A stretch of 64,000 bases of DNA from Spirochaetales bacterium (GCA_037142615.1 JBAXAI010000011.1:51418-115417), one strand, 5' to 3'; counted from the first letter of the stretch, positions 1-9,398 are shown. The notes: a model not told the origin generated them from the sequence alone. Made by a program: numbers and translations.

Positions 1-1
1 G

Positions 2-1348
2 AGCCTGAGCCAGGCTGGAGCGATGCTGATGCAAACCCGTATGGGTGGTCCCCTCGGTCTTGTGGCCGGGCTCGCGCTGGGGCTGGGCCTGCTCATCAAG
101 GCAGGCGGTTTGGGGCTTCACGTTTGGCTGCCCTCAACCTACGCCGAGGCTGACGACGACATTTCGCCGCTGCTGAGCTCGGTGCTCAGCAAGGCCGGCG
201 TGCTCGGCCTCTTCTTGGCGGCCGGCTTTTTCGCCCAACCGCTGCTGGCCAACCTCGGTTACCTGCCGGGCGTGCTCGGTGGGTCCAAGCTCGAAGCCGC
301 GACGCTGGCCGACATTCTGGGCTGGGTCGGGGTGGCCACGGCGGTGGCGGGAGCGCTTTTGGCGCTGTTCCAAGAAGACATCAAGTACTCGCTGGCCTAT
401 TCCTCGATGAGCCAACTGGGCTACATCGTGCTGAGTTTTGCCATGATGACGCACCTGGGCTGGGTCAGCTCGCTGTACTTGTCGGTGACGCACCTGTTTA
501 TCAAGGGGATGATCTTTTTGGCGGTGGCCGGCATCATCCAGCGCACCGGCACACGCTACATGTACCAGATGGGGGGCCTGATCAAGCGCATGCCGATCAG
601 CTTTGTGTCGGTGCTCATCGGCATTATTGCCCTGTCGGGTGTGCCTCCCCTGGCGGGCTTCGGCGGCAAATGGCTGATGTACACCGCCCTGCTCGAAAAA
701 GGCTGGTACCTGCAAGCGGGCCTCGCGATGTTCTCGTCGGCCGTGGCCTTCCTGTATCTGTTCCGCCTCATCCATTCGATGTTCCTGGGGCAACTCAAAA
801 CCCGGCACCGCGAGGTGAAAGAAGCCTCGTTCTGGACCCTGCTGCCGCAGGTGGCGTTCATGCTGCTCATTGTGGGCTTCTCGATGTTCCCCACCTACCT
901 CATCCAACCGCTGCAAGCCGCCGTGGAACCCTGGTTCACCTCGACCGTGCATTGGGAAGGGTACACGGTGATTTCGAGCCTCGGGTACTGGAACGGCAAC
1001 TGGGTGATGTACGCCACCATGGGCGTGTTCCTGATTCCGCTGGCATGGCTGATGCTGGCCAAGGGCCGCACCTACTGGGTGAAGCAGTTCAACATCGTGT
1101 TCGCGGCCGAGCGCCCGTACAAGCCCGAAACCACGCATTACGCGTACAACTTCTACGGCCATTACCAAAAGGCTCTCGGCTTTTTGGCCAAGCCCTTCGT
1201 GCGTAATTTCTGGACGCGCGTCGGTAGTGTTGTCCACACGCTTTCGGACGGTTTGCGGCGCTGGAACACCGGCAACGCCCAAGGCTACGCCCTTCAGGTT
1301 TTCGCTTACCTCATCCTCGTCTACCTCGTCTTGAAGGGAGGGTTCTGA
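2..1348 (+). CDS. Antiporter-like proton-translocating subunit (NuoL/M/N, MrpD, MbxH family) of a complex-I-like oxidoreductase; 5' end lies outside the window
   Basis: Frame is open from base 2. Many TM helices; family motifs KAG..GLHVWLP..Y.EA, S.LLS.VLSKAG, LAYSSMSQLGYI, HLFIKG, GVPPLAGFGGKW. Confidence 0.9.
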   Translation, partial: SLSQAGAMLMQTRMGGPLGLVAGLALGLGLLIKAGGLGLHVWLPSTYAEADDDISPLLSSVLSKAGVLGLFLAAGFFAQPLLANLGYLPGVLGGSKLEAATLADILGWVGVATAVAGALLALFQEDIKYSLAYSSMSQLGYIVLSFAMMTHLGWVSSLYLSVTHLFIKGMIFLAVAGIIQRTGTRYMYQMGGLIKRMPISFVSVLIGIIALSGVPPLAGFGGKWLMYTALLEKGWYLQAGLAMFSSAVAFLYLFRLIHSMFLGQLKTRHREVKEASFWTLLPQVAFMLLIVGFSMFPTYLIQPLQAAVEPWFTSTVHWEGYTVISSLGYWNGNWVMYATMGVFLIPLAWLMLAKGRTYWVKQFNIVFAAERPYKPETTHYAYNFYGHYQKALGFLAKPFVRNFWTRVGSVVHTLSDGLRRWNTGNAQGYALQVFAYLILVYLVLKGGF

Positions 1349-1350
1349 TC

Positions 1351-2280
1351 GTGACTGACATCCTGATCAAAGCCGGCTTTCTGTTCATTTCGCTCATGGT
1401 GATCTTGAACTACTCGCTGGTGCTCATCGGCACGATGGCGCGCATCCGGGCCAAGGTGCAGGGTCGCATCGGCCAGCCCTTTTACCAGCCCTACATCGAC
1501 ATCATCAAGTCAAACGCCAAGCGCACCACCATCTCGCACGGCGTGATGTTCTACCTCGGACCGGTGTTCCGGTTGGCGGGCGGCCTGGGCACCTACATGT
1601 TCATTCCGGCCATTTACGGTTCGGTGATCTTCTCGAACCTGGCGTTTTCGGGCGACCTGCTGCTGGTGATGTACTTCATCTTTTTCGGTCAGCTCGGCAT
1701 GGCGCTGGGCGCCGGCGAAAGTGGGCACCCCCACTCGCCGCTGGGGGTGGCGCGCGGCTTGGCTCAGATGACAGCCTTCGAACTGCCCTTCGCGCTGGCC
1801 GTGATTTCGATCGCGGCGCAGTTCCATACGCTGTCGATCACTGAAATCGTGGCGCAGCAGCAGGGGGGCTGGCAGCACTGGGTGGCGTTCACCAACCCGC
1901 TGGCCATGGCGGCCGGCATGCTGGCCTTTTTGGGCATGAGCATGAACAACCCGTTCTCGGTGGTCATCGCGCCGCAAGAGATTCCCATCGGACCGCCCAC
2001 CGAGTATCAGGGCAGCTTTTTGGGCATGTTGCAGACCAACCGGGCCATCTTTAACGGTGCCAAGATGGTGCTGTTCATGAACCTGTTCTGGGGCGGCGCC
2101 GCGCACGAAATCCTGCTGGTCGCCATCCTCATCATGGTGCTCAAGACCTTCTTGATTTACCTGTACGTGACCATCGTGGGAGCCAGTTTTCCGCGCTTCC
2201 GCACCGAACAGTCGATCCGCTTCTTCCTCGGGGTTCCCACCCTGCTGGGCTTGGCGGCCGTGATCCTTCAGATGCTGTAA
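1351..2280 (+). CDS. mbxM: NuoH-like membrane subunit (MbxM/MbsM-like)
   Basis: ARIRAKVQGRIGQPFYQPYIDIIK N-terminal motif, EIPIGPPTEYQG loop, PRFR motif; directly follows the antiporter subunit. Confidence 0.85.
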   Translation: MTDILIKAGFLFISLMVILNYSLVLIGTMARIRAKVQGRIGQPFYQPYIDIIKSNAKRTTISHGVMFYLGPVFRLAGGLGTYMFIPAIYGSVIFSNLAFSGDLLLVMYFIFFGQLGMALGAGESGHPHSPLGVARGLAQMTAFELPFALAVISIAAQFHTLSITEIVAQQQGGWQHWVAFTNPLAMAAGMLAFLGMSMNNPFSVVIAPQEIPIGPPTEYQGSFLGMLQTNRAIFNGAKMVLFMNLFWGGAAHEILLVAILIMVLKTFLIYLYVTIVGASFPRFRTEQSIRFFLGVPTLLGLAAVILQML

Positions 2281-2292
2281 AGGGAGTACCCG

Positions 2293-3048
2293 ATGAGCGA
2301 CGAACTGAACAAAACAAGCGAATGGGGCGAGCTCGGCGCTCCGGCCGGAACCCCGGTCCGGAATCCTGATCCGCGCACCATCCCGGGCTCGCCCGAAGCC
2401 GACGAGTACTCGGTCGGTCAGCTGCGCATTCTGACCAAGGAACTGACCCTGGCCAACGAAGGCCTGGCCGACGAGGACAAGTACCTGTACTGCGACCAGG
2501 CGCCTGACGTGATCAAGCCCTTCCGGGGTTTCTGGGAAGACTTTCTGAACTGGGCGCGCGCCGAGAGCCTGTGGATTCTGGGCTTTGGCACCGGTTGTGG
2601 CGCCATCGAGTTGCGCCCCTTGATGACCAGCCGGTTCGACATGTACCGCTTCGGCATTCAGCCCCGGCCCACCCCGCGCCAATCGTCGGTGTTCGTCATC
2701 GGCGGCTACGCTTCGGTGAAGACCGTGAAGCGCATCGTGCGCAGCTACGAGCAGATGCAGGGACCCAAGTTCGTGGTCGCGCTGGGCAGCTGCACCATCA
2801 ACGGCGGCATGTACTGGGACAGCTACAACACCATCAACCGGATCGACCACTACATTCCCGTCGACATTTACATCGCCGGTTGCATGCCGCGCCCCGAAGC
2901 GCTTCTGGCCGGCTTCAAGAAACTCAAAGAGATGATCAAGGACGGGCAGTGCGAGGGTGCCAACCGCTACGCCGAGCACTTTGAGTGGTACAAGGGCAAC
3001 CAGAAGCGCGTCATCAAAGACTGGAACATGCCGGACTACAACTGGTAA
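2293..3048 (+). CDS. mbxJ: NuoB-like Fe-S subunit (MbxJ/MbsJ-like)
   Basis: SLWILGFGTGCGAIE, PLMTSRFD, GSCTINGGMYWDSY, PVDIYIAGCMPRPEA. The PLMTSR.D and GG.YWD.Y signatures match the Mbx/MBS clade as I recall it. SD agggag upstream. Confidence 0.85.
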   Translation: MSDELNKTSEWGELGAPAGTPVRNPDPRTIPGSPEADEYSVGQLRILTKELTLANEGLADEDKYLYCDQAPDVIKPFRGFWEDFLNWARAESLWILGFGTGCGAIELRPLMTSRFDMYRFGIQPRPTPRQSSVFVIGGYASVKTVKRIVRSYEQMQGPKFVVALGSCTINGGMYWDSYNTINRIDHYIPVDIYIAGCMPRPEALLAGFKKLKEMIKDGQCEGANRYAEHFEWYKGNQKRVIKDWNMPDYNW

Positions 3049-3059
3049 GGGGAACACAC

Positions 3060-3611
3060 ATGAACGATATGGAAAGGCTTCTGGAAGAGCTGGCCAGGCG
3101 TTTCGGCGCCACCAACCCCCTTCAGGTCAAGATGAACCAGTACTACGTGTCGGTGCCGTCAGCCCAGGCTGTGGCCGCGCTGACCCAGCTCAAGACGCTT
3201 GAGGGCTTCGGGCACCTCTCGTTTTTCACCTGCGTCGACTACCTGGAAGAAGACCGCTTCGAGCTGCTGTACCTGCTGCACTCGTACACCCGGGGGACAG
3301 ACCTCGGCGTGCGTGTGTCGATTCCGCGAACCTTGCCGGTGCAGATGGAAGGCATTCACCACCTGTGGGCCGCCGGCGAAACCTACCAGCGCGAACTACG
3401 CGAAATGTACGGCATCGAGTTTCCAGGCTCGCCCCGGCTCCACGACGACTTCGCGCTCGAAGGCTGGCAGGAAATGCCCCCCATGCGCCGCGACTTCGAC
3501 ACCAAGGAATACAGCCTGCGGACCTTTGAGGCGCGGCCCGGGCGCGCGAAGATCGACAACCGTGAGCATATGAAAAAAGAGCTTTACCCCAGCGAGGCCG
3601 AAACATGGTAA
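3060..3611 (+). CDS. mbxK: NuoC-like subunit (MbxK-like)
   Basis: ATG at 3060 after the previous stop; TCVDY, RELREMYGIEFPG, EGW...PPMRRDF motifs. Confidence 0.85.
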   Translation: MNDMERLLEELARRFGATNPLQVKMNQYYVSVPSAQAVAALTQLKTLEGFGHLSFFTCVDYLEEDRFELLYLLHSYTRGTDLGVRVSIPRTLPVQMEGIHHLWAAGETYQRELREMYGIEFPGSPRLHDDFALEGWQEMPPMRRDFDTKEYSLRTFEARPGRAKIDNREHMKKELYPSEAETW

Positions 3612-4840
3612 ACGCCCCCAAAATTTCGCCCAAGGCGGCCCGTGGGGTCGACCTTCGCCGCCGCAACCAGGCCCACATCAACGACAACCCGCTGATGCCG
3701 CCCATTGTGAACGGCAAGGCGGTGTTCGAGCTCGAGAGCGGCAAGTACCTCAAAACGTGGCAGGGCCCCCAGCACCCCGGCATCACCGGCAACATGAGCC
3801 TCGAGCTGGTCATCTGCGGCGACGAGATTGTCGAGTGCAAAACCCACGTTGGCTACCTGCACCGCGGGTTCGAAAAGCTCCTGGAGCGCCGCAAGTACAT
3901 CCAGTGCTTTCCGGTGGTGTGCCGCATCGCGGTACCCGAGCCCGATTTCAACGAATACCTGTTTGCCGAAACGCTCGAATCGCTCTCAGGCATACAGATT
4001 CCCGAAAAGGCGCAGTGGATCCGCACCATGCAGCTCGAAATGGCGCGGCTGGCGAGCTTTTTCATGTGGTTGGGCGGCCAGGGTGGCGCCTTCGGCATGG
4101 AGACGCAAGGCCAGTGGACGGTCACCATGCGCGACTACCTGCTCGACCGCTTCGAGGAGTTGACTGGTCACCGCATCTACCACATGTACATGTTGCCTGG
4201 CGGCGTCCGCTCCGACCTCCCCGAAGGGTTCTTGGGTCGGCTTCGCGACACCCTCGACACTTGCCAGACCACGCTTGACGACGTGGAACGCACCATGTTT
4301 CACAACGCCGTGTTCAAGATGCGGGCCAAGGGCTTGGGCGTGATCAATCCCGCCATCGTCGAAGAGTTTGGCATCACCGGGCCCAACGCCCGCGCCGCTG
4401 GTTTTGCCCGCGACCTGCGCAAGGACGAGCCCTACGGCGTTTACCCGCAACTCGACTTTGCGGTGATCACCCGCACCGATTCCGACGCCTACGCCCGCGC
4501 CGAAGTGCGGCTTGAGGAGATGTACCAGGGCATCAGCCTCTTGCGGCAGATCTGCGACCGCATGCCCAAGGACGGTCCGTTCTTCACCCCGCTGCCCAAC
4601 GTGCTGCATTGGCAGGTGCCCAAGGGCTTCATCTACACCAAGGCCGAATGCACCCGGGGCGAGTACGGGTACTACTTGGAGAGTGATGGCAGCGACAAGC
4701 CGCGACGCCTGTACGTTCGGGGCCCGAGCTACACCCACGCTGTGAGCCTGATGGAACACTTGTCGATTGGCTGCAACATTGCCGATACCGCGGGGCTCAT
4801 GGTGAGCCTCCACACCTATCCGCCGGAAGTCGAGAGGTAA
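3605..4840 (+). CDS. mbxL: NuoD-like large subunit without NiFe ligands (MbxL/MbsL-like)
   Basis: GPQHPG, GYLHRGFEKL, RIAVPEPD, E..RGE.G, C-terminal SLHTYPPEVER; no CxxC pairs for a NiFe site. Confidence 0.85.
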   Translation: MVNAPKISPKAARGVDLRRRNQAHINDNPLMPPIVNGKAVFELESGKYLKTWQGPQHPGITGNMSLELVICGDEIVECKTHVGYLHRGFEKLLERRKYIQCFPVVCRIAVPEPDFNEYLFAETLESLSGIQIPEKAQWIRTMQLEMARLASFFMWLGGQGGAFGMETQGQWTVTMRDYLLDRFEELTGHRIYHMYMLPGGVRSDLPEGFLGRLRDTLDTCQTTLDDVERTMFHNAVFKMRAKGLGVINPAIVEEFGITGPNARAAGFARDLRKDEPYGVYPQLDFAVITRTDSDAYARAEVRLEEMYQGISLLRQICDRMPKDGPFFTPLPNVLHWQVPKGFIYTKAECTRGEYGYYLESDGSDKPRRLYVRGPSYTHAVSLMEHLSIGCNIADTAGLMVSLHTYPPEVER

Positions 4841-4843
4841 GTC

Positions 4844-6631
4844 ATGAGCCTGAGAGATATTGTTCAACCCTTTACGGTGTGGAAGCGTGCCCTCGACAAG
4901 CCCTACACCAGCCTTAAACCCCTGGAAGAACGCCCGGGAGCCCCGCGCTACCGGGGGTTCCACATCAACAACACCGCCAAGTGCATCGGGTGTGGCACCT
5001 GCGAAACCATCTGCCAAAACGAGGCCATCGACCTGGTGGCGGTGCTCGGCCAAAAGACCAAGCACGGCGACTCGGGCCTGCGCCCGCAGATCGACTACGG
5101 CCGCTGTTGCTGGTGCGCGCTGTGCGTCGATATGTGCCCCACCTCGAGCCTCGGCATGTCGAACGAGTACGTCTGGATCGAGACCGACCCCGAAAAGTAC
5201 CGGTTCGTGCCTGGGGTCGACGACAAGTCGTGGAACGACTGTGAGCTGGGCTACCGACGTTCCGAGGGTTACGACCTTTTGACGGCCAAACGCGTCGAAA
5301 TGCCCATGCTGCCCTTCGCCGAAAGCCAAAAGAGCTTCGTCGAGATGGTGCAGGGCTACAGCAAAGAGCAGGCCATGAAAGAGGCCGACCGCTGCATCGA
5401 GTGTGGCCTCTGCATCGCCACCTGCCCCGCCCACATGAATGTGCCAGCCTACATCGCGGCCATCCGCAAGGACGAGGTCGAAGAGGGCCTGCGCATCGTG
5501 TACGAGGCCAACCCCCTGCCCGCCAGCTGTGGCCGCATCTGCTCGCACGCCTGCGAATACGTGTGCGCCATGAAGCACCGGGGCGAGGCGCTGAGCATCC
5601 GCTGGCTCAAGCGCTACATCGTCGACCAGATCTACGCCATGGACTACAAAAAGGTGCTCAAGACCGCCGAACCCGACAACGGCAAGACGATCGCCATCAT
5701 CGGTTCGGGCCCCGGGGGCCTGGCGGCGGCCTACTACCTGCGCATGCTCGGTTACGGCGTCACCATCTACGACAGCAAAGACAAAGCCGGCGGCATGTTG
5801 CGCTACGGCATCCCCGAATATCGCTTGCCCTACGACCAGATCGACAAGGACATCAACTGGCTCAAGGAGCTCGGCGTCAGCATCAACCAGAGCGTGCGCA
5901 TCGGCCGCGACATCTCGTTTGAGCAGCTGCACCGCGACAACGACGCGCTGTTCTTCTCAACGGGCTTGGGCAAGCCCTTTGGGCTCGAAATCCCCGGCGA
6001 CGACCTGCCGGGCGTCAAGGACGGCCTCAAGGTGCTCGAAGACGTCACCAACGGCGTCGACGCCGACCTGGGCGACTCGGTGGTGGTGGTCGGCGGCGGC
6101 AACGTCGCCATGGACGCCGCGCGGACCAGCCGCCGTTTCAATGCCGCCGTGACCATCCTGTACCGTCGCCGCATCGAAGACATGCCGGCCGATGTCGAAG
6201 AGGTTCACGAAAGCCAGGGCGAGGGCTGCGTCATCCGCGCTCAAGCCATCCCGCTGCGCGTCGAAAAGGGCACCACCAAGCGCCTGCGCCTCGTGTGGGG
6301 CAAGGCCGACATGGTCACCGACGGCAAGGGTGGCCGCCCCGTCCCGGTGCTGATTCCCGGCAGCGAGGAAGTCATCGAGTGCGACACCGTGGTCGCCGCT
6401 ATCGGCCAGGGCGCCGAGTACGAGTTCATTCCGCAAGACATCGCGGCGAAGCTGCAGTTCAACAAGGGCAACGTCGTCGTCAACGAGTTCAAACAGACCG
6501 GCGACCCCAAAGTGTTCGCGGGTGGCGATATTGTGAATCCGAAGAAAGATGCCATCTCGGGCATCGCCAACGGCCATTCTGCTGCCAAAGGCATTGACAT
6601 CTGGCTGACGAACTTCAAGGATAAGGCATGA
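4844..6631 (+). CDS. Fusion of NuoI/MbxN-like 2x[4Fe-4S] domain and GltD/NfnB-like FAD/NAD(P)H oxidoreductase
   Basis: N-terminus RYRGFH, CIGCGTCETIC, CCWCALCVDMCP (NuoI); then CIECGLCIATCP, CGRIC...C...C, GSGPGG (FAD), GGMLRYGIPEYRLP, GGGNVAMD, YRR, FAGGD. Confidence 0.9.
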   Translation: MSLRDIVQPFTVWKRALDKPYTSLKPLEERPGAPRYRGFHINNTAKCIGCGTCETICQNEAIDLVAVLGQKTKHGDSGLRPQIDYGRCCWCALCVDMCPTSSLGMSNEYVWIETDPEKYRFVPGVDDKSWNDCELGYRRSEGYDLLTAKRVEMPMLPFAESQKSFVEMVQGYSKEQAMKEADRCIECGLCIATCPAHMNVPAYIAAIRKDEVEEGLRIVYEANPLPASCGRICSHACEYVCAMKHRGEALSIRWLKRYIVDQIYAMDYKKVLKTAEPDNGKTIAIIGSGPGGLAAAYYLRMLGYGVTIYDSKDKAGGMLRYGIPEYRLPYDQIDKDINWLKELGVSINQSVRIGRDISFEQLHRDNDALFFSTGLGKPFGLEIPGDDLPGVKDGLKVLEDVTNGVDADLGDSVVVVGGGNVAMDAARTSRRFNAAVTILYRRRIEDMPADVEEVHESQGEGCVIRAQAIPLRVEKGTTKRLRLVWGKADMVTDGKGGRPVPVLIPGSEEVIECDTVVAAIGQGAEYEFIPQDIAAKLQFNKGNVVVNEFKQTGDPKVFAGGDIVNPKKDAISGIANGHSAAKGIDIWLTNFKDKA

Positions 6632-7506
6632 AGCACACCCCACACACCATCACGGGCAAGAGGCAATTGTCTGCCGACGTTTACCGGATGACCTTTTTGG
6701 CGCCGTACATTGTCGAGGCCCGCAAGGCCGGTCAGTTCATCATCATCCAGATCGACAGCAACTTTGGCGAGCGCATCCCGCTCACCATTGCCGACGCCGA
6801 TCCCGTGGCCGGATCGATCACCATCATCTTCCAGGCTGTGGGCAAAACGACCCTCAACCTGGCGGCCAAAAACGTGGGCGATGTGCTGGGCAATGTGCTA
6901 GGGCCTTTGGGCAAACCCACCGAAGTGCACCGCTATGGCACCGCCGACAAACCGGGCACCGTGGTGTGCGTCGGCGGCGGCATCGGCGTGGCTCCCATGC
7001 ACCCCATCGTGCAGGCTCACCACGCCATCGGCAACAAGGTCGTCACCATCATGGGCGCCCGCAACAAGGATCTTTTGATTCTCGAAGACGAAATGAAGGC
7101 CATCAGCAATGAGCTGATCGTGTGCACCGACGACGGCAGCTATGGCCGCAAAGATCTGGTCACGATTCCCCTCATCGAATGGTGCAAAACCGGCGAAGTC
7201 AGCGAAGTGATCGCGATCGGCCCGCCCATCATGATGAAGTTTGCCGCCGAGGCCACGCGCCCCTTTGGCGTCAAAACCATGGTGAGCCTGAACACCATCA
7301 TGGTCGACGGCACCGGCATGTGCGGCGGCTGCCGGGTGAACGTCGGCGGCGAAACCAAGTTTGTGTGCGTGGATGGGCCCGAGTTCGACGGCCACAAGGT
7401 CGATTTTGACAACATGATGATGCGGCTCAAGGCATACAAGGGCCAGGAAAGTGAGGCGGCGCACAAATGTCGTGTTGGGGCAACTCCGGCCGGAGCCGCG
7501 TCGTGA
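6628..7506 (+). CDS. nfnA: NfnA/SudB small subunit of electron-bifurcating NADH-dependent ferredoxin:NADP+ oxidoreductase
   Basis: GERIPLTIAD, GPLG, GGGIGVAP, IGPPIMMK, MVDGTGMCGGCRV...CVDGPEFD ([2Fe-2S] Asp/Cys motif); ATGA overlap with the previous gene. Confidence 0.9.
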   Translation: MKHTPHTITGKRQLSADVYRMTFLAPYIVEARKAGQFIIIQIDSNFGERIPLTIADADPVAGSITIIFQAVGKTTLNLAAKNVGDVLGNVLGPLGKPTEVHRYGTADKPGTVVCVGGGIGVAPMHPIVQAHHAIGNKVVTIMGARNKDLLILEDEMKAISNELIVCTDDGSYGRKDLVTIPLIEWCKTGEVSEVIAIGPPIMMKFAAEATRPFGVKTMVSLNTIMVDGTGMCGGCRVNVGGETKFVCVDGPEFDGHKVDFDNMMMRLKAYKGQESEAAHKCRVGATPAGAAS

Positions 7507-9020
7507 GCGAACACCACCACCGCACCCTGGCCGAACTCGACAGCGAGGCCGTCGCCGTCTGGAACGAATACGAGCCCCAAGTGGCCGCTGGTACCCTCAA
7601 GGCCAAGGACCGCGCCAAGATTCCGCAGATGGATATGCCCAGCCAGGACCCGTCGGTCCGTCGTCACAACCAGGGCGAAGTGGCCCTGGGCTACACCGAG
7701 GCGCAAGTGCGCGTCGAAGCGCTGCGCTGTCTGGACTGCAAGAACGCCCCCTGCGTGGCGGGTTGCCCCGTCACCATCGACATTCCCGGCTTCGTCAAGT
7801 TGGCCGCCGAGGGCAAGTTCCAGGAATCGATTGACCTGATCAAGCAGTCCAGCGTCCTGCCTGCGGTTTGTGGACGCGTGTGCCCCCAGGAAAGCCAGTG
7901 CATGGAACTGTGCACCGTGGGCAAAGTTGCCAAGGACCGCATGAAGTCGGTGGCCATCGGCCGCATCGAGCGCTTTGTGGCCGACAGGGAGCGCGAAAGC
8001 GGAGCCGTCAACGTTCCTGCCATCGCAGCGCACACCGGCTGCAGCGTCGCCATCATCGGCTCGGGACCCGCGGGGTTGACGGCTGCCGCCGATTTGCGCA
8101 AGGCCGGTCACGAGGTCTCGATCTTCGAAGCCTTCCACAAGGCCGGCGGCGTCATGGTGTACGGCATTCCCGAGTTCCGTCTGCCCAAGGCCATTGTCGA
8201 GCAAGAAATTGCCACGCTGGCTGCCATGGGGGTCGAGTTTCACCACAACTTTTTGATCGGGCGAACGCGTACCATCAAAGACCTCATCGAGAAGGACGGG
8301 TTCGACGCCATCTTCATCGGTTCCGGCGCAGGCCTGCCGCAGTTCATGAACATCGAGGGCGAGAACCTGGTCGGCGTGTTCAGCGCCAACGAGTACCTCA
8401 CCCGATCGAACCTGATGAAGGCCTACGACCGCGCCAACGTCGATACCCCCATCTTCCAGTCCAAAAAGGTGGCCGTGCTCGGTGGTGGCAACGTGGCCAT
8501 GGACGCCGCCCGCATGGCGTTGCGCCTGGGTGCCGAAGAGGTCAACATCATCTACCGCCGCACCCGCGACGAAATGCCAGCCCGCGCCGAAGAGGTCGAG
8601 CATGCCGCCGAAGAGGGCATCACGTTCCACTTTTTGTCGAACCCGGTGAGGATTTTGGGCGACGAGACCGGCCGCGTGAAGGCCGTCGAGTGCCAGCGCT
8701 ACGAACTGGGCGAGGCCGACGCCTCGGGTCGCCGCAAACCCTTGCCCATCGAAGGGGCATTTTTCACCCTTGAAATGGACACCGTGATTCCGGCGCTTGG
8801 CAACGTGTCGAACCCGCTGATCAAGCAGACCACCATCGAACTCGAAACCAACAAGCGGGGCAACATCGTGGTCGATGACCAAAAGCGCACGTCGATGCCG
8901 CGGGTCTACGCGGGCGGCGACATCGTGCTCGGCGCTGCCACGGTCATCCTGGCGATGGGCGAAGGTCGCACCGCCGCCGCTGCCATCACCAAGGACCTGG
9001 CCGAGCGGCGCTGGGGCTGA
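7503..9020 (+). CDS. nfnB: NfnB/SudA large subunit
   Basis: GTG start overlapping the nfnA stop (GTGA); EALRCLDC...CVAGCPV, CGRVCPQESQC, IGRIERF, GSGPAG, YGIPEFRLP, GGGNVAMD, GAATVILAMGEG. Confidence 0.9.
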   Translation: MSEHHHRTLAELDSEAVAVWNEYEPQVAAGTLKAKDRAKIPQMDMPSQDPSVRRHNQGEVALGYTEAQVRVEALRCLDCKNAPCVAGCPVTIDIPGFVKLAAEGKFQESIDLIKQSSVLPAVCGRVCPQESQCMELCTVGKVAKDRMKSVAIGRIERFVADRERESGAVNVPAIAAHTGCSVAIIGSGPAGLTAAADLRKAGHEVSIFEAFHKAGGVMVYGIPEFRLPKAIVEQEIATLAAMGVEFHHNFLIGRTRTIKDLIEKDGFDAIFIGSGAGLPQFMNIEGENLVGVFSANEYLTRSNLMKAYDRANVDTPIFQSKKVAVLGGGNVAMDAARMALRLGAEEVNIIYRRTRDEMPARAEEVEHAAEEGITFHFLSNPVRILGDETGRVKAVECQRYELGEADASGRRKPLPIEGAFFTLEMDTVIPALGNVSNPLIKQTTIELETNKRGNIVVDDQKRTSMPRVYAGGDIVLGAATVILAMGEGRTAAAAITKDLAERRWG

Positions 9021-9024
9021 CGCC

Positions 9025-9372
9025 ATGGAAACCCGCGAGCTGGTCGCCTCGGTCAAGGAACGCTTTCAAGACATCCGGTGTCTGCAGGTCGAGCACTACC
9101 TGGGCCTGATGTCGAGTCCGTTGCGGTTCCACATCCTGTGTGCGCTGAACACGCACTCGTTCTCGGTGGGCGAACTGGTCGAGATCTGCGAAGGCACGCT
9201 GTCGAACGTCAGTCAGCAGCTCAAGCTGCTCTGGATGGGCGGCTTGATCACCAAGGCCCGCCAGGGCAAAACCATCGTCTACTCGCTCGGTGACCAGCGT
9301 GTCGCCCAGCTCATCGCCACGCTCGAGGAGCTGTTCGCCAAAGAAGTGACAGCCTGCGTGGACGAGGACTAG
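9025..9372 (+). CDS. ArsR/SmtB-family regulator, BigR/SqrR-like
   Basis: ATG at 9025; PLRFHILCAL, SVGEL, SNVSQQLKLL, R.GKTIVYSL winged HTH; several Cys residues. Confidence 0.8.
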   Translation: METRELVASVKERFQDIRCLQVEHYLGLMSSPLRFHILCALNTHSFSVGELVEICEGTLSNVSQQLKLLWMGGLITKARQGKTIVYSLGDQRVAQLIATLEELFAKEVTACVDED

Positions 9373-9398
9373 GAGACTTCAGCGGCCACCGCGCCTTC

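Noticed and set aside
3605-4840. Group 4 [NiFe]-hydrogenase large subunit
   Set aside because: Both CxxC nickel-binding motifs are absent and no maturation genes are nearby.
4844-9020. Glutamate synthase small subunits (gltD)
   Set aside because: No gltB is adjacent; one copy is fused to NuoI and the other pairs with nfnA.
1510-9056. Long minus-strand ORFs (1510-3057, 3986-5932, 7140-9056)
   Set aside because: Antisense shadows of high-GC3 genes with no recognisable motifs.
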